A DNA stretch of 64,000 bases. It comes from Amoebophrya sp. A120. Taxonomy: Eukaryota > Protista > Dinoflagellata. The notes under the pieces were generated by a model. That model did not search any database. It was not told the DNA's origin and worked only from the letters and a program-made list of their open reading frames with translations. A program made the translations under genes and the position numbers. The DNA lies in contig CAJINV010000001.1 in NCBI GenBank assembly GCA_905178155.1, positions 15,314,142 to 15,378,141 of the forward strand. The letters are read 5' to 3'. Shown piece after piece: positions 13,271-24,500 of this stretch (the stretch's first letter is position 1; each line of letters opens with the position of its first letter).

Positions 13271-14297
13271 ATGCCGGGATCTTCCTCTTCGTCCTCTTCC
13301 GGTTCAAGCGTCGCTGTGGTGCCAACGACCAGTGTCGCAGAAGTGAACTTTGTACATGGTGCGGGAAATTACTCTTATTGTTTGCAAAGGGGCGCCGTCG
13401 CCCCCAAGGATGAGAACAAGACCAGCATCTTCGCAACGGTGGCAATTTCCAACGTGATGCATCTTCTCAATGGGTTTCTGTCCTCGCAGGAGATTCAGTA
13501 CGTGCTTAGCGACATGACTGGCAAGGCCGTCTTCGCGGTAAAGGGGACGAGGAGCGCACTAGCCGAATACACTTGCACTTGGGCCGCTTGCACATTCGAA
13601 GCATCAAATGCATTCGAAAACGTCGAGAATGGGCAGCAGGCAGCTTTGATCTTCACCCAGGGCCGACAGTCACTGCATACCCTCTTGCCCGCCGCCCCAG
13701 CGAACGAGACGACGAGTCAGACATCAGAGGAGGGCAGCAGGAAGAGACAGAGCAAGGATGCACCACGGGATGAAGGTACTACTGCGCATACAAAAATCCA
13801 TTTCATAATATAAGTTAATAGTAGCTAAATTTTATACTAGTATATGTTGATGTTGTTGTACTATGTCTTCTATGTCACGTGTCAGCTTCTCGATCCATGC
13901 TGAGCAGTACTAGACAGAGCAGGAGTACTTGACCACAGAGCAGACAGAAATTGTCGCAACAAAATCCCCAGATGACACGCTGAGTAAGATCTTGTCAAGC
14001 GACGCAACGAAGGAGGGGATGCGGCGCTTTTTGGCTTCGAGGACGTACGACGTGAATCTGGGCGCTTACATCTCCACCACGAACGGCCCGACACCCGTCG
14101 AGGTTCAGGCACTCGAGAACGCTCCGAAAGTTCCCGCTTTCGTCACGAAAGCAACTTTCGTTAGCAACAGGAAGCCCAAGTTTCTCTACAAGCTGACCGC
14201 CTTGGGGGAGCTTGCGAAAAACAAGGTAATAGAGGAACAGAAAGAGGCGGAGGAGGAGAGTCGAAAGAAAAAAAAGAAGAAGCGCGTAGGTTCCTGA
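13271..14297 (+). CDS. Hypothetical protein, paralog of 11282-12423; GT-AG intron 13776-13917
   Basis: Splice gives ..RDE|EQEYLTTE.. in frame with ORF 13929-14297; basic C-terminal KKKKKKR (NLS-like). Confidence 0.7.
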
Positions 14298-14749
14298 CCC
14301 GTCGGCGGTGGCATCCTCGCCGCGGAAGATCGTTGGCTGTATTTCATCTGTCTAGGTTTCGGCTTCGTGTCTGATTTACGATCTAAGCACTCTGATTATT
14401 GTAGATCATCGCATGCGCATGCCATGTATTTCTACAGTCGGTCCGTAAAGAAAAAAAAAGAGGCAAGAAAAGTGGCTACTGTTTCAGATATTTATATACT
14501 TCTGGTGAAGAATGAAGAGAAGTCGAAGTCGCGATAGAATCTATATTTTGCAACGATAAAAATCCACATGCTTATGCACGACATAGAATCAGAAGTAGCA
14601 GGGTTGACACACATACATGCTTTGCTTCTGCAAGTAGCGTGTGTATTTCGTGGTAAATTTCTACACTCCCTTCTGCGAAACCGAGACAATACACATAATT
14701 TATTCTGCTTTTCGTATATCAATTTTTGTCGCTTGATAATGACTCGACG

Positions 14750-14809
14750 AAAGATTTTTTTGTGGTATTGCATGAAAATAAAGATTTTTTTGTGGTATTG
14801 CATGAAAAT
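14750..14809. repeat. Exact 30-bp tandem duplication
   Basis: AAAGATTTTTTTGTGGTATTGCATGAAAAT x2. Confidence 0.9.
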
Positions 14810-15501
14810 CTTCGAAAAAATGATTGTTGAGGCGATACAGGAGCACGGAATAGATACAAGATTTTGGATCAAAGCATGATTGGTCTGCTCTGCAGTCACA
14901 GGGTTCCGCACTGAAGTTGCGCATTCTGTAGCTGTACCCCTGGTCCCGACCCCGAGGGTGATCTTCTTCTCTTCTTGCTCATGCAGAATATGCGCTTCAC
15001 CTTCAGGGTGGCCAAAATTATGTCACAGGAAAAGATAAAGGAGAGGAATCCATTCCGAGTGCAGAGATCGTCCATGAAATGCAAATGTGGACCCAAGGAA
15101 CTACAGCACAGGAAGCTTTTGATGTGTGGCCACATTATAAAATCGGAGAGACATGGTCATGGACGGGCACGGGGTATTGTTGAAACTGAGAGAGAGTGAC
15201 AGGGTGAAAAAAGTCTGGTACAGCACTCCTCGCTTTTGTGCCTGGGTGTCTTGATGTACAGTTGTTAAGGACGCGGGATTTAGAATGAAGCCAGATTGTC
15301 GTCCACATGTTTACGCGGCCACCGACTGTTTGGCAAGGGGTTTGCGTATAGATACCGGAATTAGTTTCAGGTCTCGGCTTGAAGGCCGTCAATACGAGTT
15401 GTCAGAGCAACATGACGCACGCAATTACATGGCTTTCCTACACCCCTTCAGGCATCGGGTTGGAACGAGCGCGGCGTGTGAGCGCAGTGGCGAGGATTGG
15501 A

Positions 15502-18500
15502 ATGACAGGAGGGCGAATTATGGCTGCCCTGGCGACACTTCTTGTCGTGCTTCATGGTGTCGCAGGGTTTGAGGTTCCCGTCCGTAAGCAGAATCAGACC
15601 ACTGCCATTGGAAGTTCCGAGACCGACGTTCACACGTCCGAGCATAACCCCGTGTCCTCCAGGGAAGCAGAGGCCGTTCTCAAGAAGAACAGCACAACGA
15701 GGTATGATGAATCGACGAGCCAGCGTCTTCATAAAGATAGCTCCCTCTCCAGCTCGGACTCACCAGTTGACGAACAAGCATTGGTAAACATAGTTGCGGA
15801 GCACCAGGATGAGCCGACCAATAAGTTGCTGCGAAGCACACGACGGGACCAGCACGATTCTGCTGCGCCGGTGGAGGTTCTGGCCATCGATGATGGTGGC
15901 GGAGTGCGTGCAGACCAAAAGATGTTGAAGCCACGTAGTAATCAAGCGCAGCGCAGCGAGGACGTCGCAAACAAAACGGAAGAGGAAGTAGGAACTTTTC
16001 AGAAAGAACCGCAGTCATTCTCCTCCTCTGCTGATCTTCGTACGAAAAATAAAGTGCGGGACGGAGCAGGGTCGTCTGGAAGAAGTCGGGCACAAACCGC
16101 AACCTCGGAGTTGTTCTTGGCCCAGGATGAGGAACAGCCGGTGCCGGTCATCATCTCCTATGCATTGCAAAAGTATCATAGTCGTATAAATGCATTAATA
16201 CAAATTTCCTCAGCATGAGAAATAAAATTTGCAATGCTGATCTGCTTCAACAAGATGATTTGTAATGCACGGCTGCAATACGAGTGCGATACTTTTGCAC
16301 AGAATATCTCCAACCTCGACTACATCAAAAACATCAAGACATCCAGCGACAGCAAGGACCAACTCTTCTCCCAGCTGGAGGACGATTTCGACAATCCTGT
16401 GACGATATCCTGTGCAAAAGTATCGCACTCGTATAAATGCAAGTCTTGCATTACAAATCTTGCTCTTAAGGTAAATCCGCATTTACAAATTTTATTTTTC
16501 ATGCTGAGTGATAGAACACAGATACTCAGAATACTATAGCCGTGATAGACTAAGAGCATATGCACCCGCTTCACTCACCTGAGTGGATTTGAAAGAGTCA
16601 CTCCCTTCATGGAAGGTTCTACTCCTCGGAGGTCATTCATGTCATTTCGTGATCATCTTTCTTGTCATTTGGATCTCTCGCTTTGCTCTTAGATCTACAA
16701 TGTAGGTCGTATTCTGATCCTTCCCTACATTCCCCCTCTGATTGAACCAAGTCCAGAAGCAAGACGGCCTGCTAGGTGTCAAGTGACTCCAAGCATTGCC
16801 TGATTGCTACTTGCGACTTCAATCCTAGAGCAAATGAGAAAGGACCCGAGCAGCGGCTGGATCGTGTCAGGGTCTGAAGAGTACATCCACCAACTCAACA
16901 GATTCGAACTCTCGTAACCAAATGGCTACGGAATACCGGTCTGATGCGCCAAAAACCCCCGCAGATACCCTGCTACCCGCCAAGTGACTCCAGATGAAGC
17001 ATCACGAGCGTGGGAGGAAAAGACCATCACAACCTACTACACAAGTTCCCGCAGTCCCTTGCGACCCTATCTACCCCATTCCCCCTCGATTGCAACTAGA
17101 TAGCGCAATACAAGGCTAGAAGACCTTTCTTCTTGTCGAGAAGTGAATCCTGGGGCGGTGTGCGAAACACCAGCAGGGGTTTCGTCGTTGGTTTTGTCAG
17201 AGGATCTGCACGATTCAAACCAGTTGGACAGTAGCAGAGATCATCAGCGTGATCCTTGACCGAATGCCAGCGCACTTGGAAGTGCTTGGTCTTCTTAGTT
17301 GGAAGGGTAGATTCCGCCACGGTCAGACTGCTCTGATTGTCGCAAAAGATCTGAGGCAGCTGCGTATTGGTCTGAAACCAATCAGCATAACCCTGAGACT
17401 GAACGAGCTGCAAAGTGTCATAGAGAGCAATGTACTCGCTTTCACAAGTACTATGCGCCCTAATCGACTGGCGACGACTCGACCAGGCTACCGGGCATCC
17501 CCGATAAAAGAGAATGGAGCCGCTACTACTCCTAAGCGTAACAGTACACCCAGCATAGTCAGCATCCGAGAACGCAACCCACTCACGGAGTTCGCCTCTC
17601 TCCTTGTTGTGCTGATCCAACTTCTGGACATGTTGAGGCGTCGGCGGGCCTGTCCCCGCCCCCCACGTTGACTCCCGCGCAGAGGACTACGACGCCGCGG
17701 TTCCCACCTCGACGGTGGCCAGCTCGGAGTTTTGCGCTGCTGCTGGTTCCCACCACGATTCGTAACCAGTTTGAGATGATTCAGACCTTCCTCGGCCTCG
17801 CTTCACCACCAGGTCCCGCCTCCGGATATTTAGCTCCGACGCCCGGCACTATGGCGATTCCGATAGCTCGCGACACCTCCTCCCGTCCAGTATCGCGGCA
17901 CGCTCGCGGAAAAGACAGCTTTCCTACACCAATCATCGCGTCCCCGCTGGTGTCGCGCCCCACACCTCGACCTCGGCGACATTGGTTCTGCCTTCACACC
18001 GTGGTGGCCGATCAGACGAGTGGTTACGACGCCGAGGCTGCGCTCACGGCCCGCCTACGACCCCTCCCGCCATGGAGCCAAATTTGTGCCGATTTCCATC
18101 ATCCCAGACACACGAGCCGCTTACCGGCCTCTCTCTCGTCTTGCATTTACTGCTTGACGCCCGGTTCCACTAAGGGTACCCTCCCTTTTTAAGTATTCTA
18201 TTTCTGTGTGAGCTGTATGTTGATGGAAATGCATCACAAATGCGGTCTACCAATGCCGTGCACGACGCGGCACCGCCCGATCTCGATTTTATTTTGCCGG
18301 TGATGATGACTGACCTTGATGAGTGAAAAATTACCGGAAATAAAAAGTCTGTTAATAGTTCAACTAGTCGATCCTGCGCCACATTGTATGTAGTCTGTTG
18401 AGCCGCTCCTTCAGTGGACCACTTGTATGTCTTGTTCCTCCTCGGCCGGTACCGAATCGCTCCTTCGGGAAACCCGAGCTTCTGCCACCGTGAGACCGCT

Positions 18501-21500
18501 TCTCTCACTATAGCATTTTTTTTTCAATTTGTATAAACCCTCCCTCGGCCGTTTTAGATTGTATGACCGGCAGTCTATCATATCGGCGTCCGTTACCATT
18601 TTCATTTTTTGATATTTTGTAGCTTTCACGCAATTGTTACGACTTACCATACCGCACGCACAGCGAGTTCGAGTCTTTTGGTTATTGTTTTAGTGCTGAG
18701 AGAGGTACCTGGGAACCGCTTCTTCCCACGCGAGGTGAGACGCAAATTTAGGCCTCGGCCCCCCGGTTTACCGGACCTGACCAACACTTGTCGGGAAGTT
18801 TCTTTGGACTTAGACTCAATTGCCGGAGAATACTCAGCCCCCTCTGTCAGAGTATGCAACAGATACCGCCCAACCCGCTTAGCCGCAGTGATCAAAGCCC
18901 CAGTGGGATTGGTCATCAGCCTAGCCACCCGATTGACTGCGAAGAGACAATCCGGACGCGATTGCGTAGCAATGTATTGCAAACCCCCAACCAGACTCCT
19001 AATAGGGAAATCTGGCTGCGTGGCCCCCTCTGAAAGATCAGAGTAGACGCACGCAGTGGAAATTGGTTTTCCCGCATTGATTTGAAACTTTTCAGCCAAC
19101 TTGCGAGCTGCTTGCTCCATGTCCAACTTCATATGCTGCTTCTCAGCATTATACAAAAGCCGAACGCCTAGGATGTCCCTGATTTCAGTAACACCATCGG
19201 CAGCAAGTTCCGCTTTGATGGTTTTACCATCAAACTCACCAAGGATCTCCTTGATAGTGTCATCTACTTCTTTCTGTGTAGGTGCACTGATCAAGCTGTC
19301 ATCAACATAGATGGCCAGCGTCACAGAACCGCGACGGAAAAGACCAGGCTCACTAGGATGGCGATCCCAACCATGCTTACGCAAGGATGCATCATAGCAG
19401 TCAAACCACTTACGCGGCGCAATCTTCAAGCCATAGAGAGACTTAAGAAGGCGCATGACATCACCACGACTATCCTTGTGCCAATGCTTAGGCAGACGGA
19501 TGAACACTCGCTCGTCCTGACCAAGGTCACTACGAAGGAATGCATTACTGATGTCAAACTGCCCAGTGCGTTTCTTGTTCGCAGCAGCATCGACCAAAAG
19601 AACCCGACTTGCAGCGTGTGAGATAGTCGGACTGAAGATCTCAGCCTTGCTGGCCTTCGTCTGACGATTCCCCAACGCCACGCATCTGGCCTTGTATCGA
19701 CCGCAGCGCTTCTTGGTGTAAATCGCCACGCGTGGCATGATCTCATCGTCATCGGGTAGCTTATCCTCGTCCGATACTGGCCTCCAGGACTGCAAAGCTT
19801 CCAACTGCAACTTTTCAAGGTTGACAGCCTCCTCCATGTACTTAGCAGAGTCCGGCGCAGTAAGGGCATGCTTCCGTGTAACTTGAACCGTCCACGCAAG
19901 AGCTTGCTCACCTTCCTCCAAGTCATCAGAAAGTACTGAGCTTGAAAACGCGGCAGCTACTTCCGCATCTAGTTCAATCTTTTGCGCACCTGCCTGATTC
20001 GCTGCAGCATTGTTCTGACGCCTAGTCTTCCTGCCCTTGCGGGTAGACCAGTGCGGACAAAGCTCACGCGTGAGACCCGTCGGCCGACCACGACGTAGAC
20101 GAACTTTGACCATTGAACCACCACGCTTGACCCATTTAAACGGATTCAAGTCGTCGTCGATCAAGTCTGAACAATCATGCCGATCACCAGAAGGATTGCT
20201 TTCGTTGATCTCTTTGGACCAATCATGAAACTTACCAGCCCCCTCTGAAAGGTTGGGAAGTTCCCTCCGCTCGCCTATTTCCAGCTGGAGACTACCATCT
20301 GAAGGCTTGTCGGAGTTTTGGTCGCCAGTCTCCTTGTCAGGTTGCTCAAGTGGCACCGACTCAGGTAGACCCGACTCAGGAGAAACCTCAACAGGACCAC
20401 TGGCCTTGTCTTGGTCAACCCTGTCACCCTGATTCGAAATCTCCAAAGTAGGAAACTCCTCATCGAGTTTCTGTCGCTTAGCCGAAGGACTTACTTCAAC
20501 CCCCGCAGGACGGCGCAAACTATCTCCCGCCCCACCTCCAAGAATCAAGCAGAGGCCATGACGCCTCCTCTCAATCAAGGCAGCAGATGTGAGACTAGTC
20601 TGTCCCCCCTCCGGCAGCTGTTTCGGATCCTGCTTAAGCTCCTGAATGTCACTAATGACTGCGTCTTCGAAGAATTTCATCGAGCTACTCTCCTCAACCA
20701 CAAAGCGCCATGCGTTCGTCTTGTCGCTGAAGCGCCAAAGACCAACCAGGAAGCTTGAGGAAGTACGAGAGTAACCGAGAAAGACTCCACGCTCATAGCG
20801 ATCATCCAGCTTTTGCTGTTGGGTATGCACTTTGGCATAGCACTCACATCCAAAACGACGCAGATGCTTTATGGATGCTGGACGATTCCAACGCCGCTGG
20901 AAAGGACTAGACTGCGACTTCTTGCGCTGCAGTCTGTTATAGACATAGGCGACGAAGCGAGCACAGTACTCCCATAGGCATGGATCAACGCCCTGCATGT
21001 TGGACCTGATGCCATCGGCAAGTGTCCTATTCCATCTCTCCACCACTCCATTCTGTTGCGGCTCATAAGGAGAAGAATGGATCGGAAGAATTCCGAAATC
21101 TTTGCAAGCCTTTTTCCAAGATGACTCAGCTCCTTTGAAAGTAGGCTCGTTGTCTGTCCTAACCCGTTCGGGTTTGCCGACGTCTTGAACGAACTTCCGC
21201 AGGATGTCCCCACAGTCAGACTTCTTTTCAATAGCATAGACCTCGACCCACTTGGTACAAGAGTCCACAATACTGAGAAGATACTGAGCACCTTTGAGCG
21301 CCGCAGGAAGCGGAGGGACCCAAAAAGTCAGAATCGACTTGCTCCAGGAACTTCTTGGCAATATGCTCCGGCGGCCTAGTAGGCTTGTGCGATGGATGCC
21401 TGTCCGTAGGACTTACTTTTCGCACAATCTCGGCAAGAGCAGTCAAAGCCTTCGACTTTGAAATGCGCAAGACGCCTGTGGATAGTCAATTTGGAACCGT

Positions 21501-24500
21501 AGGCGGCCCCAGCTGCTGCGCCAATGGTAGCGAGCTGAGCCTGTGCCTCATCCTCGAACGAAACATCAAACACAGATACACCGCCCTTGACTTCAAACTT
21601 GTGAGACTGACCACTGGGGTCGATGAACTCGCGCCAACCATTGGGATCCCCTTGAGGTCCACAGTAGTGAAGCTGAGCCCCCTCACTCGCAGCGACTTCC
21701 ATTGAGAACAATTCCCGAGACAACATCGGATGGAAAAGATCAAACCGCATGCCCTTGCTGTTCGGTTTGAGTTTACCAATAGCACCTTTCACGTTGGATG
21801 CTCCATCCGCAGTGCTAAGAGATTGATCAACAGCTGGGCCAATCCACTCGAAACGACTACGGACGCCCGACATATGGTGGCGAGCACCTGTGTCAAGAAT
21901 CATCTCACACACGCTACTCGACTTCCCATTCTGGCTCCTAGTATTTTCACCTGAAAACACCTGCGCACTAGAAAGGGTCGTAGATGCTGTGTACGACTTT
22001 GCCGGATTGCTTTGCGCTTGAACGTTAGACGAGAAACAGGCGCGGGCGAACGATCCATAACGAAAACCATACACGTGACGGCTCTCATCCTCTACCTCAG
22101 AACAAACCAACTCGCTCTTCTCATCTGGCTCGGCCTCCAAAATGGGAGAAAGGGAGAACACATGATCGACCACCTGACCAGTTCGCTTACTGCGAGCATG
22201 AAAAGATCCTACCAACGCACCAGAGTTGTCACGTTCCATAGAGGTGGAAAGTTCATCATCTTCATCATCAACAGCCCTCGGAGCATCAGAGGCAGGCGCG
22301 GAAACTACCACAGCCATAGCACCCTGAGCACCTTCATCATCATCATCCTGCTGCTTGCCTCCCTTCTTGGCTTTGTGCTCTTTGTTCAACTTCTCGAAGC
22401 GAGCACGCAGATTCTTCGGAGCCTTGTTGGGATGCAGCACCCAGCAACTGCCAGGCGGATGAATCTTGCTGCAGATTTTGCACTTCTTTTTGTTCTTGTC
22501 TCCTCCCGGAGGCTTCAGAACAGCATTAGCGTTGGCATGCTTTTGCTTGTCCTTAACCGACTGCAACTCCTGACGAAGAGACTTGACCTGTGCAATCAGA
22601 GCACGAGGATCCTCTTCCTTGTTCCCTTTCAGATTCTGCAACCCTTCAAACTCCTTCAGAGTGCGTTTGATCGTAGGGATGTCAGTCTGGTTCTGAGCCA
22701 ACAGAGTACCGGCGACAGTGTTAAACTTGGAATCGAGTCCAATCAACACACTAGCCGCGAGGAGCTCATCAAGCGAGATCTTTCCCTGCAGGTCCTCCCG
22801 CGCAATCCGCTGACGAGACTCCACGAACTCCTCAACAGGCGTGGAACCCTGGGGCATCAAGAGTTTCTTTTAGGCTGCCAAACGGCTAGAAGCTTCCTGA
22901 GAGTTGAACTTCTTAAAGATGCTAAGCATGATGCCGAACAAGTGTTGATCATCAGCTTGCTTCGCAGATTGCAGGGGTATGGTGGGGGCGAGAGGCATGT
23001 ATGAGTTTTGCGATGTATTGGCGGAAATACATCGCAAAACTCATACATCATACATGGAAGATTTGAGGAGAGCGCGACGGTTCCCATGTACAATGTATGA
23101 GGTGCAATACATCAATGCGTCATACATTGTACATCGTACATTGTACATGGTCCAGTGTATGACGTACGATGTATGACACATTGCACATTGGTGCATTGTG
23201 CATTATGTACATTGATGTATTGGACATTGGACATTGGACATTGTACATTGTACATCGTACATTGTAGGTCGTCGAGCTGTTCGAGCAGCTCGACATCCGG
23301 GCCCATGTCGAGCCGTTGTCGAGCTGTTCCAACAGCTCGATATCCGGGTGGGTCCATGTCGAGCTGGTGGGGCAGCCGTGTCGAGCTGTTGCAACAGCTC
23401 GACATCCGGGCCTCTGCCGAGCTGTTGCCGAGCTGTTGAAACAGCTCGACATCCGGGCCCATGTTGAGCTGTTGTCGAGCTGTTCAAACAGCTCTACATC
23501 CGAGCCCGTGTCGAGCTGTTGTCGAGCTGCTCGAACAGCTCGACATCCGGGTCCATGTCGAGCTGTCGACATCCGGGTCCATCATGTCGAGCCGTTGTCG
23601 AGCTGTTCCAACAGCTCGACATCCGGGTCCATGTCGAGCTGTTGTCGAGCTGTTCAAACAGCTCGACAAGCGAGGCCATGTCAAGCTGTTGGAGCAGCCG
23701 CGTCGAGCTGTTGCAACAGCTCGACGTCCGGGCCTCTGCCGAGCTGTGGTCGATGCACGATGTACAATGTACAATGTACCAAGCAGGATGCACCATGTAC
23801 AATGTATGATGTATGATGTACAATGTATGAGGTACCCAGAGCGGAGAACTTGCGATGTATGATGTATGAGGTACCTACAGCGGAGAATTTGCGATGTATG
23901 ATGTATGATGTATGAGGTACCTACAGCGGAGAATTTGCGATGTATGGTGTACAATGTATGATGTATAATGTACGAAAGTGAGGCCGTTCTCCTCAAATCT
24001 TCCATGTATGATGTATGAGTTTTGCGATGTATTTCCGCCAATACATCGCAAAACTCATACATGCCTCTCGACCCCACCATATTGGATTGCAGCGCCGACG
24101 AACCCGCAGAGAGACTATTGGCGACCTTCGTCTTCAAAGTCTTGACGGCTTTCGCAGCGTCTACAACACTCTGCAAGGCTTTCGCCTCATTCACGGTCTT
24201 CGTACCCTTGCAGATTGATACCATCCAGAACACCATCTAGATCATGTTCCGCAAAAGCACTGGCGACCTTATGCCACCAGTCAGAATAGCTCTGACCGCC
24301 ATCACCGGAGAACTTCTCCAGATCCAGCTCCTTGGACTTGTCTTGGGTGGGCATGTTTTTGGTATTCTTCGGAAACTAGTAGACAAACTCTAGAAACCTA
24401 CTCGATAAAAGAAAATTGCAAGCAATAGTAAAAGTATACTACTACTGAGTCCACTAAGCTCTAAAAGCTCAAGGTGAGAATGATAGAACACAGATACTCA

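Noticed and set aside
14960-15183. Coding-like fragment in the intergenic region
   Set aside because: Short, no start or splice partner and no recognisable family
18170-18650. Short ORFs in the RT/RNase H insertion as a transposase or Helitron
   Set aside because: No DDE, HUH or tyrosine-recombinase motif; a 5-bp TSD and no CTRR end argue against a Helitron
23260-23760. Palindromic repeats with short spacers resembling a CRISPR array
   Set aside because: Spacers are repetitive and not unique, no cas genes, eukaryotic context; it is the interior of a TIR element
23112-24240. Overlapping ORFs such as MSSCSNSST and MYNVQCT repeats
   Set aside because: Translation artefacts of tandem repeats; only the gag-derived part near 24085-24236 is meaningful
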